From positions 1 through 34,903 of the forward strand of contig QMSS01000001.1 in NCBI GenBank assembly GCA_003649715.1: DNA of 34,903 bases. Reading direction: 5' to 3'. This document shows, one piece after another, positions 8,111 through 17,994 of the stretch. A program made the translations under genes and the position numbers. Every line of letters begins with the position of its first letter. Position 1 is the stretch's first letter. The stretch comes from Thermoplasmata archaeon (GTDB lineage Archaea; Thermoplasmatota; E2; DHVEG-1). The notes beneath the pieces were generated by a model. That model was not told the DNA's origin. It did no database searches and saw only the letters and a program-made list of their open reading frames with translations.

Positions 8111-9286
8111 CTATTCTTGTTTTTTCCATAGTGGGGAGATTTTTCTAAGTCGATTGATGATCTCTGGTAATACGTCTGTGACATAGGATATTTCTTCTTG
8201 TGTGTTTTCTCTTCCCAGTGACAGACGGAGGGATCCATGTGCCTCGATTGGTGTTAATCCTATGGCTATTAGTACATGTGATGGTTGTAGTTTTTTTGAG
8301 GAGCATGCTGAGCCTGTGGATGCGGCTATGCCCTTGTCATCTAGGCTTAGAAGTAGTGATTCACCTTCTATGCCGGTGAATCGGAAGTGGGCGTTGTTTA
8401 TAAGTCTTTTTTGTGGGTGTCCATTTAGATAGCTTTCTTCGATTTCTAATATGTTTTTGATTAGTTTGTCTCTCATTTTTTTGATGTGTTTTGTGTCTTT
8501 TTCCATTCTCTTTTTCGCTAGCTCGCATGCTTTTCCTAGTCCGACGATTCCTGGTATGTTTTCTGTGCTGCTTCTTATTCCTCTTTCATGTCCACCTCCA
8601 TGTATGATGGGCTGTATGCTGAGTCCTTCTCTTATGTATAGTGCTCCTACTCCTTTGGGTCCATACATTTTGTGGGATGATATAGAGAGTAGGTCAACGT
8701 TTATTTTGTTGGGATCTATGGGTGTTTTACCAATGGCTTGTACTGCGTCTGTGTGGAAGATGATGTTGTTTTCTCTCGCTATTTGCCCTATTTCTTTGAT
8801 GGGCTGTATGGTTCCGATTTCGTTGTTGGCATACATTATGGTTATGAGAAATGTGTTTTTAGAAATCGTTTTTTCAAGTTCATCAATGTTTATAATGCCA
8901 TGTTTGTCTACAGGTAGGTATTTGATTTTGTAGCCTTGCATTTCAAGGTGTTTGCATGTTTCTAGCACAGCAGGGTGTTCGATGGAGGATGTGATTATGT
9001 GTGGTCCTTTTGTGTATCTTTTTTCTCTGTTTTTGTATGCTATTCCCTTGATGGCTATGTTGTCTGATTCTGTTCCACCTGCTGTGAATATGATTTCTTT
9101 TTCTTTGACGTTTAGTAGACTTGCAACTTTTTTTCTTGATTCTTCTAGTGCTTCGTGTGCTTTTCTTCCAAATGAGTGAAGTGAGGAAGCGTTTCCATAG
9201 TGTTTGTAAAAGTATGGTAGCATTGCCTCCACTACTTTTTTGTCAACTGGTGTGGTTGCAGCATGGTCTAAATATATTTTTTTCAT
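8111..9286 (-). CDS. iscS: Cysteine desulfurase (NifS/IscS, class V aminotransferase)
   Basis: SSHKMYGPKGVGALY (PLP lysine) and STGSACSS (catalytic Cys loop). Confidence 0.93.
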   Translation of the reverse strand: MKKIYLDHAATTPVDKKVVEAMLPYFYKHYGNASSLHSFGRKAHEALEESRKKVASLLNVKEKEIIFTAGGTESDNIAIKGIAYKNREKRYTKGPHIITSSIEHPAVLETCKHLEMQGYKIKYLPVDKHGIINIDELEKTISKNTFLITIMYANNEIGTIQPIKEIGQIARENNIIFHTDAVQAIGKTPIDPNKINVDLLSISSHKMYGPKGVGALYIREGLSIQPIIHGGGHERGIRSSTENIPGIVGLGKACELAKKRMEKDTKHIKKMRDKLIKNILEIEESYLNGHPQKRLINNAHFRFTGIEGESLLLSLDDKGIAASTGSACSSKKLQPSHVLIAIGLTPIEAHGSLRLSLGRENTQEEISYVTDVLPEIINRLRKISPLWKKQE

Positions 9287-9293
9287 AGTTTTT

Positions 9294-10214
9294 TTAGTCT
9301 CCCCGGCCTATCTGCATCATTTTCTGCAGAGGTTTTTTTGCTTTTTCTATTGTTTCTTGTGATAATGTTATTTTTGGTTCTAAACTTTTTAGGCTTTTTA
9401 ACACTTTTTCTAGGTTGATTTTTTTCATGTTTGGGCAAACAGCTGTTTTTAGCGGATAGAATTTTTTGTCAGGTTTTTCTTTTTGCAGTCTATGGCAGAG
9501 ACCTTTTTCTGTTCCGATAATGAATTCCTTTTTGTTGGATTGCAAGACATGTTTCACCATGCCATTAGTGGAGAAAACATGGTCTGCAATGTCTATTACC
9601 TCAGGTTTACATTCTGGATGTACGAGTATCTCTGCCTTTGGATGTCTGTTCTTTATCTCAAGTATCTCCTTTGTCTCTATCTTGTGATGTGTGGGGCATA
9701 TACCAGGCCAGAGAATCAGCTTTCTATCATGTATAAACCGTTTTATATACAGCCCCAGGTTTTGATCTGGAACGAAGATAACATCTCTATCCGCAGGAAG
9801 GTTTTTTATAACCTTGGCGCCATTGGAGGATGTACAACATATATCCGATATTGCCTTTACCTCCGCAGGAGTATTGATGTAGGACACTGTTACTGCGGTG
9901 GGATGATCCTCTTTCAGCCAAGTTAGACTTTCTGCATCTACCATACCAGCCATGGGACATTTTGCCTCTATGTCCGGTATTATAACATTCTTGTCTGGGT
10001 TTAGTATTTTAGCGGATTCTGCCATGAAGTCTACACCGCAAAATATAATGTTTTCTACATCTGCCTTAGTGGCTTTCATCGCTAGGTCTAAGGAGTCTCC
10101 CACAAAATCAGCTATGTCCTGTACCTCTGGGATTTGATAGTTATGAGCCAGGATAATGGCATTTTGTTTTCTCTTTAGCTCATCTATTTCTTTCTGAATC
10201 CTTTCTCTTCTCAT
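9294..10214 (-). CDS. nadA: Quinolinate synthase
   Basis: MRRERIQKEIDELKRKQNAIILAHNYQ matches the canonical NadA N-terminus, with ATG at 10214. The track ORF extends to a TTG at 10325, adding 37 non-conserved residues that I regard as over-extension. Confidence 0.88.
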   Translation of the reverse strand: MRRERIQKEIDELKRKQNAIILAHNYQIPEVQDIADFVGDSLDLAMKATKADVENIIFCGVDFMAESAKILNPDKNVIIPDIEAKCPMAGMVDAESLTWLKEDHPTAVTVSYINTPAEVKAISDICCTSSNGAKVIKNLPADRDVIFVPDQNLGLYIKRFIHDRKLILWPGICPTHHKIETKEILEIKNRHPKAEILVHPECKPEVIDIADHVFSTNGMVKHVLQSNKKEFIIGTEKGLCHRLQKEKPDKKFYPLKTAVCPNMKKINLEKVLKSLKSLEPKITLSQETIEKAKKPLQKMMQIGRGD

Positions 10215-10397
10215 AAGAAAAAACCACGTACTCCCAAAAACTGGGTTGTATTGTCTTTGTGGATAAACAAAAAGGTTGGAAATAAAGATTACTCCTCCAC
10301 CACCCAATATATGTTTTTTAGCCAAACCTATTTATCCATGATACTGGATATCCAAATCTCAGTGGAAAAAATATTTGGTAGGTGGTGTATCTAGTAT

Positions 10398-10835
10398 ATG
10401 TTTGACTTGGTGGCGTTTACCATAGGATTTGTCATAGGAGTAGTATGTGTCGGACTCGCTATTGAGTTAGGTATAAAGAAAACATCTAAAACGGAGCCTG
10501 CATCAAGATCTACACATAGCTGGAGTATATCAGAAATCGTAAATCCTAGGGTTGTAGCTGAGTATCTGGGTGATGTGGAGATCCCGAAAAACGCAAAAAT
10601 TGTTGTAAATCAATATAAAAACAGGGATGTGCTTGAGGGGGTAGATGCCCGTGAAAACCCTAGTATAAAAGGTAATTTTATTATAGGTGATGACCGAGCG
10701 CTTATACTATCTGGTCCAGTGAAAAAAGATGAAATGGGTATATGGACTGTGGAAAAGGAGATTATCAGCAGGCTAAACAGATATTTTGAGGAGGCATGGT
10801 CTAAGGGAACAAAAATCAAGCAGCAGAAACAATGA
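10398..10835 (+). CDS. Hypothetical membrane-anchored protein (one N-terminal TM helix plus a ~110 aa soluble domain)
   Basis: FTIGFVIGVVCVGLAIELGI TM segment. I recognise no family motif. Coding-like composition; lies immediately upstream of mtaD. Confidence 0.5.
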   Translation: MFDLVAFTIGFVIGVVCVGLAIELGIKKTSKTEPASRSTHSWSISEIVNPRVVAEYLGDVEIPKNAKIVVNQYKNRDVLEGVDARENPSIKGNFIIGDDRALILSGPVKKDEMGIWTVEKEIISRLNRYFEEAWSKGTKIKQQKQ

Positions 10836-10847
10836 GGAACACATAGT

Positions 10848-12140
10848 ATGAGTGTGCTGATCAAAAACACTGTTATCATTACTCAGAATAAAAAAAGAGA
10901 GCAGATCCATGGAGATATCTACATAGAGGACCAGGAAATCATTCAGATATCAAAAAAACCAATCACCATCGAGGCGGACTATAAAATAGATGGTAGAAAA
11001 AAACTTGTTCTACCTGGATTGATAAACACCCATACACATATTCCAATGACTTTGCTTAGAGGATACGGAGATGACATGGTTTTAAAGAGATGGCTGGAGG
11101 AGAGGATATGGCCTGTGGAAAAAAAGCTTGACAGCAGATCGGTTGAGATTGGCACAAGGCTTGGTCTGCTTGAAATGATTTCTTCAGGCACAACAACATT
11201 TTTAGACATGTATTTTTTTGAGGAAACAATAGGTAAAACCACAAAGGAAGCAGGATTACGTGCCTTTCTAGGATTCCCATTGATTGATTTTGGAACTCCT
11301 GAATACCCATATGATGAGCTTTTTCCCAGATGCGAGAGTTTTATAAGAAAATGGAGAAAACACAATCTTGTAAGACCTGTTGTGGCTCCACATGCAACAT
11401 ACACATGTGGCCCAGAGACATTACATCGTTCTCTTGAGATGGCAGACAAATATGATGTACTCCTACACATACATTGCTCTGAGACAAGAGAGGAGGTATA
11501 TGATGTCCAAAAAAGATATGGACTGCGACCTATCGGAATACTTAAAAAACATGGTTTGTTATGCGACAAAATAGTTCTTGCCCACTGCGGCTGGATAACA
11601 AAAAATGAGGTTTTCGACATAAAAAACAGTGGATCAAAGGTTGTTCACTGTCCTGTTAGCAACATGAAGATAGCAACCGGTGGATACACTCCCCTTCCAG
11701 AGCTGCTCCATTCCAACATAGCTGTTGGTCTGGGAACAGATGGAGCAGCAAGCAACAACACATTAGACATGTTTGAGACAATGAAATTTTGCTCACTCAT
11801 ACATAAACATCATAGATGGGATCCCAGTATTCTGCCAGCACAAACAGTACTTGATCTCGCAACCATAGGTGGTGCAAAATGTCTAAGGATGGAAGACAAA
11901 ATAGGTTCTATTGAGGAGGGGAAAAAAGCAGATATTATAATGGTGGATCTAAAAAAACCGCGTCTAACACCACAACATGATTTTGTTTCACACCTAGTCT
12001 ATGCCATGCGTGGATGTGATGTGATTGCTACGATTGTAAATGGAAAACCTCTGATGCTTGAAAACAGAATACTGACACTTGACATGGATGCTATACTGGA
12101 AGATGCTGAAAAATGCGCCTATGAGCTAACAGCGGCATAG
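10848..12140 (+). CDS. mtaD: 5-methylthioadenosine/S-adenosylhomocysteine (5'-deoxyadenosine) deaminase, amidohydrolase superfamily
   Basis: HTHIPMTLLRG, HCSET and GTDGAASNNTLD metal and substrate motifs of the MtaD/DadD group. Confidence 0.85.
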   Translation: MSVLIKNTVIITQNKKREQIHGDIYIEDQEIIQISKKPITIEADYKIDGRKKLVLPGLINTHTHIPMTLLRGYGDDMVLKRWLEERIWPVEKKLDSRSVEIGTRLGLLEMISSGTTTFLDMYFFEETIGKTTKEAGLRAFLGFPLIDFGTPEYPYDELFPRCESFIRKWRKHNLVRPVVAPHATYTCGPETLHRSLEMADKYDVLLHIHCSETREEVYDVQKRYGLRPIGILKKHGLLCDKIVLAHCGWITKNEVFDIKNSGSKVVHCPVSNMKIATGGYTPLPELLHSNIAVGLGTDGAASNNTLDMFETMKFCSLIHKHHRWDPSILPAQTVLDLATIGGAKCLRMEDKIGSIEEGKKADIIMVDLKKPRLTPQHDFVSHLVYAMRGCDVIATIVNGKPLMLENRILTLDMDAILEDAEKCAYELTAA

Positions 12141-12175
12141 AGCCAAAAAAACCTGGAGGATATCTCTTCTCCCAG

Positions 12176-13444
12176 GTGATGCCTCTTATGTTGAATCTAA
12201 TTGGAGTTGCAATAGCATTTGCCGTGATAATAGTTCTGATACATAAAAGACTCAACTTTGGCATATCACTCATAATTGGATCCATAGTCGTGGGGATATT
12301 TTCCCTACAAAAAGTAGAGCCTATAGAGATCCCAATGGCTATGATAGAAGCCTCTTTTTACTCATTTGATACAAACAAAATCAATACTCAGACCATCGAG
12401 CTTGCGTTGTTGATGCTTGGAATCTATGTACTGGCGAAAACTATGCAGGAAACAGGGGCGATAAAAAAACTAGTGAAAAGCCTTAGAACAATTTTTTCGC
12501 AAGGTGGAACCTTGGCTCTGATACCCGCCGTATATGGTTTAATGCCTGTTCCCGGTGGTGCGCTGCTCTCTGCGCCAATGATAGATGAGGAAGGAAACAA
12601 ATATCATCTCACCAAGGATCAAAAAAATTTTTTGAACGTATGGTTCCGGCACATATGGTTCCCAATATATCCTGTTTCCCTAGCTATGATCCTTATATGT
12701 AGCACAGAGTTTTCTAACATAAACATATACAGTCTTGTTCTTGTCAACATACCCGCCTTCATAACATCGATCATAATCGGCATGGTTATGCTTAAAAAAA
12801 TAGTAGCTCATAGCACAGAAAAAACAGCTACTTCAGAAAAGGATTACACTGGAATAGTATATCTACTGCCACCAACTGTTCCCCTGCTTTTCTACGCAAT
12901 TCTTCAACAACTTGGGATATCTCAGATACAATCCTTTCTCATAGGGGTGTTTTTCAGCATCATACTCCTGTATTATCTAACAAAAACTCAGCGTACCACC
13001 TATATCAGTATCATCAAAAAATCCTTGTCCTGGAGACTTCCTCTCGCAATATTTGGAATAATGATTTTCCGTAAAATGTTTGAACTCTCAGATGCAAGCA
13101 CTGTTATAACCAACGTGATAGGTATGCTTCCTCTACCAGCAGTCTTCATGATAGTCATGATACCTCTGCTGCTGGGAACATTAACAGGCTATAACCTAGG
13201 CGCAATAGCATTATCCTATCCCCTTGTAGAACCGTTTTTCCATTTTGTAGAAATCAATATCGTGGGGCTAACCAGTATAATATTCATAAGCTCACTTGTA
13301 GGATATCTTGTTTCCCCAATTCATCTCTGCAATGTTCTGAGCAGTGAGTACTTCAAAACAGATGTCACACGGATGTACAAAATGTTTATTCCATCAGCAT
13401 TTATACTCCTGTTGATCAACACCTCTATTATGATGATCCTATGA
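12176..13444 (+). CDS. Polytopic membrane protein, DUF401-like putative permease
   Basis: About 10 or more hydrophobic segments over 422 aa. Family assignment is from memory of DUF401-type sequences only. Start may be ATG 12179. Confidence 0.5.
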   Translation: MMPLMLNLIGVAIAFAVIIVLIHKRLNFGISLIIGSIVVGIFSLQKVEPIEIPMAMIEASFYSFDTNKINTQTIELALLMLGIYVLAKTMQETGAIKKLVKSLRTIFSQGGTLALIPAVYGLMPVPGGALLSAPMIDEEGNKYHLTKDQKNFLNVWFRHIWFPIYPVSLAMILICSTEFSNINIYSLVLVNIPAFITSIIIGMVMLKKIVAHSTEKTATSEKDYTGIVYLLPPTVPLLFYAILQQLGISQIQSFLIGVFFSIILLYYLTKTQRTTYISIIKKSLSWRLPLAIFGIMIFRKMFELSDASTVITNVIGMLPLPAVFMIVMIPLLLGTLTGYNLGAIALSYPLVEPFFHFVEINIVGLTSIIFISSLVGYLVSPIHLCNVLSSEYFKTDVTRMYKMFIPSAFILLLINTSIMMIL

Positions 13445-14367
13445 ATGTTCTGGCAACTGTTAAAAAACTCGTGTCAAACCTCACATTCGTCATCACACTC
13501 GGTATAGTAATTGGTTTTCTAACAGAGGGATACCCAAGTGAATATCTCAGTGACATATCAACAGTTTTACTTGTCATCGCCATGACATTATCACTAAGTC
13601 ATCTCTCCATCAGAAATATAGACATCAGGCTAGAAACAAAAAACTTCCTCATCTCCCTGCTACTATGCTATGGAATGTTATCCACAGTTGCTATCCTTAT
13701 AGGCATATCTTTTTTCAGACAGCCAGACATACAAAATGGTTTTGTTGTCATTGCAGCGGTTCCACCGGCTGTGATGATCATCCCTATAACAAGGATACTA
13801 AATGGGAACATCAAACTATCGCTTTTCTCGCTATCTCTCCTTTATCTCATATCTATTATTTTGACACCACTGGTGATACTACTGTTCTCGAATGCAAACA
13901 TACCCATGGTAGAGTTGTTTAAAAGCATAATACTATACATAGTAACTCCGCTTCTGGTATCACGACTTGTTAAAAAAACACGTTTTCCATCAGAGATCAG
14001 TACCATAATCATCAACCTATGTTTTCTACTGATAATTATAGGCATGATTGGTGGAAACAAACATTTTATTTTTTCAAACATGAAAATCATGCCCTTTTTA
14101 TCGCTAGCATTATTTATCAGAACATTTGGAACAGGAGGCATAACACTATGGGCTGCTAACAAACTTCATGTACCAAAGGATGATCAAATCCCATTTGCCC
14201 TTTTTGCCTCTGTGAAAAACGAGGGGCTAGCAATGATATTTGCTCTCTCTATGTTTTGCTGTGCAGCCACACTACCTGCTGTATTATCCATGTTTTTTGA
14301 ACTAATCTGGATAGGTGTTCTAGTTCGGATAAAAAAGGCAAAGAACACTATGAAAACCATAGGCTGA
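13441..14367 (+). CDS. Polytopic membrane transporter, bile acid:Na+ symporter (BASS)/AEC-like
   Basis: 308 aa and about 9-10 TM segments, with AAVPPAVMIIP and ASVKNEGLAMIFAL motifs. ATGA overlap with the upstream permease gene. Confidence 0.45.
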   Translation: MNVLATVKKLVSNLTFVITLGIVIGFLTEGYPSEYLSDISTVLLVIAMTLSLSHLSIRNIDIRLETKNFLISLLLCYGMLSTVAILIGISFFRQPDIQNGFVVIAAVPPAVMIIPITRILNGNIKLSLFSLSLLYLISIILTPLVILLFSNANIPMVELFKSIILYIVTPLLVSRLVKKTRFPSEISTIIINLCFLLIIIGMIGGNKHFIFSNMKIMPFLSLALFIRTFGTGGITLWAANKLHVPKDDQIPFALFASVKNEGLAMIFALSMFCCAATLPAVLSMFFELIWIGVLVRIKKAKNTMKTIG

Positions 14368-14630
14368 AACAACAAAAAAACATTTTGTCATACTTCCTGT
14401 ATGTTTTCTCCTGGAAAAAATGAATATCAGGAATCAAATAAAAAACATGTGTTTTTTTGTTCTGTAAATTTTTTTTCAATCAAAAACATAAATATTTTCT
14501 GTACAGAGAAGGTTGATCCGAAAAAGTTTTTTTAGAAACTATCAGACATATCTAAAAACAAAAATGGTTTTTTTAAAAGTTTTTTCGAAATGTTTAATAC
14601 CCTTGGTTCCTTCTTGGAGTCTTCAGCAAA

Positions 14631-16265
14631 ATGAAAGATACAGAAAATAATCTCTACAGATTGTTGAAAAAACCTTCATTGTATGGTCTAAACATAAAAC
14701 ATGTAAAGGTTTTACAGACACACATATCCTTTGTCGTGTTAACTGGAGAATATGCATACAAAGTGAAAAAACCTGTGGATTTTGGTTTTCTAGACTATTC
14801 AACTCTTGAAAAACGTAGACATTACTGTGATGAAGAAATAAGGCTTAACAGGAGACTATGTCCAGATATATATCTGGGGGTTGTATCATTTACAAAGAAA
14901 AACGATGATGAGATAGAGATAAATGGAGATGGACCTGTTGTTGAGTATGCTGTAAAAATGAAGGAATTTCCACAAAACCGTATCATGACTCATCTACTTA
15001 GAGATGGAAAAATCGATGAAGACATAATAGACAACATATGCAGTATCCTAGTTGATTTCTACAAATCTGAGAAAACCTACTCCTCTACAGGTATAGAAAA
15101 ATATGGTGGGATGGAATCTGTTAAACATAATGTAGATGAAAACTTTGAGCAGACAAAAGAAATGATAGGCGTCACAATCCCCCAGGAAACATATAGGTTT
15201 ATTAGAAAAGCTACCGGCAGATTTTTTGAACAAAAGAAAAATGTTTTTAAAAAACGTGTGCAACAGGGCATGATCCGAGATTGCCATGGAGATCTCCACT
15301 CCGGTAACATAGTGGTATTACCCCACAAGATCTGTATTTTCGACTGTATAGAGTTCAACGAGAGATTTCGTTACATCGATGTTGCATCAGACATAGGATT
15401 CCTGGCTATGGACCTCGACTTCCTAAACCATCCATTTCTATCAAGCTATCTTATAAAACAATATGTTGAGAAAAGCAATGACCACAATGTTTTTGATGTA
15501 CTCAATTTTTATAAATGCTATCGAGCATATGTCAGAGGAAAGGTACTAGGATTCCAACTACATGATCCTCATGTAGATAAAAACAAAGAGAAAAACATCA
15601 TTAGTACTGCAAGGAAATATTTTGACCTATCACATTACTATGCATCACTCTTCTCCATGGAACTAAATAGGAAAAAACCAGTTTTGTTTATCATATGCGG
15701 GCTAACTGGTACTGGTAAATCCACAATAGCATCAAAAATCGCTATTGACCATCATGCGCAACTAATCAGCACCGACGTGGTACGTAAAGAACTACAGGGC
15801 ATCAGCAGGTTTGAAAAACACTACAATGGATATGAAAAGGGTCTGTACACACCAGAAAAAATAGATCTTACATACAAAGTGGTCCTAGAAAAAGCCGACA
15901 GTTTTCTTAAAAAAAGAGAAAATGTTGTCCTAGATGCGACATTCCAGAAAAAAATATATCGAGACAGGGCACACAATATAGCCAAAAAAAACCATGCTGT
16001 TTTCCTAATAATACAATGCATCTGCTCCGAAGATGAAGTCAAAAAACGTCTAGATGAAAGACTAAAAAAAAGATCCATATCAGATGGAAGATGGGAAATC
16101 TACCTTCAGCAAAAAAAGACATTCCAGGCAATAAAACAGGATGAAAAACAACATGTTGTTGTTATAGACACAGGAAACACCTCATATGAGTATCGGATGA
16201 ACATGTTTAGAAAAATCCTTAAAAAAATAGAGGAACTAGAAAAACAGGAGAAACAAAACAGATGA
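14631..16265 (+). CDS. Two-domain fusion: N-terminal aminoglycoside-phosphotransferase-like (APH/choline-kinase fold) kinase plus C-terminal P-loop (AAA_33-type) kinase. Function unknown.
   Basis: THISFVVLTGEYAYKVKKPV, catalytic HGDLHSGNI, and DCIEF...IDVASDIGFLAMDL in the N-terminal part. Walker A CGLTGTGKST and VVLDATF in the C-terminal part. Confidence 0.75.
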   Translation: MKDTENNLYRLLKKPSLYGLNIKHVKVLQTHISFVVLTGEYAYKVKKPVDFGFLDYSTLEKRRHYCDEEIRLNRRLCPDIYLGVVSFTKKNDDEIEINGDGPVVEYAVKMKEFPQNRIMTHLLRDGKIDEDIIDNICSILVDFYKSEKTYSSTGIEKYGGMESVKHNVDENFEQTKEMIGVTIPQETYRFIRKATGRFFEQKKNVFKKRVQQGMIRDCHGDLHSGNIVVLPHKICIFDCIEFNERFRYIDVASDIGFLAMDLDFLNHPFLSSYLIKQYVEKSNDHNVFDVLNFYKCYRAYVRGKVLGFQLHDPHVDKNKEKNIISTARKYFDLSHYYASLFSMELNRKKPVLFIICGLTGTGKSTIASKIAIDHHAQLISTDVVRKELQGISRFEKHYNGYEKGLYTPEKIDLTYKVVLEKADSFLKKRENVVLDATFQKKIYRDRAHNIAKKNHAVFLIIQCICSEDEVKKRLDERLKKRSISDGRWEIYLQQKKTFQAIKQDEKQHVVVIDTGNTSYEYRMNMFRKILKKIEELEKQEKQNR

Positions 16266-17293
16266 ACAAACTGAGGATACCCGGGTATCATATCGATATA
16301 GAAAAAGCAGCTCAGCTCATTAACCGAAAAGGATACAAAAAAGTGATGCTGCAGATTCCAGAGGGACTAAAAACACATGCATCAAAAATCGCAGATATTA
16401 TAGAAAAAGCAACACAGGCCACAACACTCATCTCCGCAGATCCATGCTTCGGAGCATGCGATCTCCTCAACCACGAAATACATAGCCTAAACATGGATCT
16501 TATAATACACATAGGACATCTTCCCATCCCAGAGATAAAAAACCCAGGTACTCCAACACTATTTATCAACGCTAAATCCACTAGACCAATAAAAAATGTT
16601 GTAGAAAAAGCCATGCCTCTGCTAGAAGGAAAAAAAATTGGATTAACTACAACAGCACAACACATACACACACTAAACAAGATCAAAAAAATACTATTAG
16701 AAAAAAACTTCAAACCAGTAATAGGAACAGGAGACAAACGCATAGCAGAAAAAGGACAGATACTAGGATGTAACTTTTCTACAGCCACAGTGATACGCGA
16801 CAAGGTAGACTCGTTTTTATTCATTGGAAGTGGAAATTTCCATCCACTAGGACTCATGCTAACCACTAAAAAGACAGTGATTGCAGCTGATCCATACACA
16901 AATACTGTTAAAAAAGAAGAGCTAAAAATGCTAAAAGACAAAATATTAAGACAAAGATATGCCGCCATCATACAATCAAAAGAAGCAAAACAATTCGCCA
17001 TCCTAATAACCACTAAAACTGGACAACAACGCATAGAGCTGGCATACACAATAAAAAAGATGCTAAACAAACAAAACAAAAAAGCCTACATACTAGTTTT
17101 AGACAACCTCTCATCAACCAAACTACAGGGATTCAGCCAAATAGACTGCTTCATATCAACTGCATGCCCCAGAATCGCTATCGATGATCACATGCAATAC
17201 AAAAAACCAATCATAACACCCCCTGAGCTAGAAATTATACTGGGAAAAAGAACATGGGATGAATACATACTTGATCAGATCCTATCAAAATAA
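16262..17293 (+). CDS. dph2: 2-(3-amino-3-carboxypropyl)histidine synthase (diphthamide biosynthesis, non-canonical radical SAM)
   Basis: MLQIPEGLK, SADPCFGACD and ISTACPRIAIDD, which are Dph2 family hallmarks. ATGA overlap with the upstream kinase gene. Confidence 0.9.
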   Translation: MNKLRIPGYHIDIEKAAQLINRKGYKKVMLQIPEGLKTHASKIADIIEKATQATTLISADPCFGACDLLNHEIHSLNMDLIIHIGHLPIPEIKNPGTPTLFINAKSTRPIKNVVEKAMPLLEGKKIGLTTTAQHIHTLNKIKKILLEKNFKPVIGTGDKRIAEKGQILGCNFSTATVIRDKVDSFLFIGSGNFHPLGLMLTTKKTVIAADPYTNTVKKEELKMLKDKILRQRYAAIIQSKEAKQFAILITTKTGQQRIELAYTIKKMLNKQNKKAYILVLDNLSSTKLQGFSQIDCFISTACPRIAIDDHMQYKKPIITPPELEIILGKRTWDEYILDQILSK

Positions 17294-17343
17294 AAAAATC
17301 TTTTTATCAACCATGTTACATCTATTTTAGATTGAAAAAAGAA

Positions 17344-17994
17344 ATGAGAAAACTGATGCTAAGATGTAAACCACTCGACAAACTATTGGATGGAGGAATC
17401 GAAAGCTCATCCATCACAGAAATATATGGCGAGGCTGGAAGCGGAAAAACAAATCTATGCCTACAAGCGGCTAGAGAATGTGTACTCAACAACAGCAAAA
17501 AGGTGGCATACATAGACACAGAAGGCATCTCAATAGAAAGACTAAAACAAATATGCCACGGTTTCGACTACAAAAAAATACTAAACAACATACTATTCTT
17601 CAGCCCAACATCACTAAGAGAACAAGAAAAAACAGTCGAAGATATCATAAAAATAGACAACATCGATCTAATCATAATAGACACGATAAACATGCTCTAT
17701 AGACTAGATGCAGAAGAAAAAACTGCATCCCGTTCACTCATAAGACAAATAACAGACCTACAGCTAACCGCAAGAAAAAAAGACCTATATGTATTATTAA
17801 CGGCACAAGTCTATACAGATGAAAATGGAAACATAAAACCCTTTGCAGTAAAAGACATAGAACACATGATAAAAACAATAATAAAACTCGAAAGAATCAA
17901 AAAAGGAGAAAGACAGGCAACAATAATAAAGCATAGTTCACAGCTTGAAGGAAAAAAAACTATGTTCACTATAACGACAGATGGTTTAAAATGA
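17344..17994 (+). CDS. radB: DNA repair and recombination protein RadB (RecA/RadA paralog)
   Basis: LLDGGIESSSITEIYGEAGSGKTNLCLQ Walker A and LIIIDT Walker B; ~217 aa. The track ORF starts at TTG 17332, but ATG 17344 is more likely. Confidence 0.88.
   Translation: MRKLMLRCKPLDKLLDGGIESSSITEIYGEAGSGKTNLCLQAARECVLNNSKKVAYIDTEGISIERLKQICHGFDYKKILNNILFFSPTSLREQEKTVEDIIKIDNIDLIIIDTINMLYRLDAEEKTASRSLIRQITDLQLTARKKDLYVLLTAQVYTDENGNIKPFAVKDIEHMIKTIIKLERIKKGERQATIIKHSSQLEGKKTMFTITTDGLK

Noticed and set aside
10215-10325. A 37-residue N-terminal extension of NadA (TTG start at 10325). Similar track over-extensions occur for L44e (19019) and RadB (17332).
   Set aside because: The extensions lack similarity to the conserved N-termini of these families. 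Internal ATGs (10214, 19079, 17344) restore canonical N-termini, and the L44e internal start has an AGGAG upstream.
14440-14457. Inverted repeat AAAAAACA-tg-TGTTTTTT in the 263-nt spacer upstream of the kinase fusion gene.
   Set aside because: It consists of pure A/T-run arms in an AT-rich intergenic region. It is statistically unremarkable and cannot form a hairpin with a 2-nt loop. At best it is a generic T-run terminator context.
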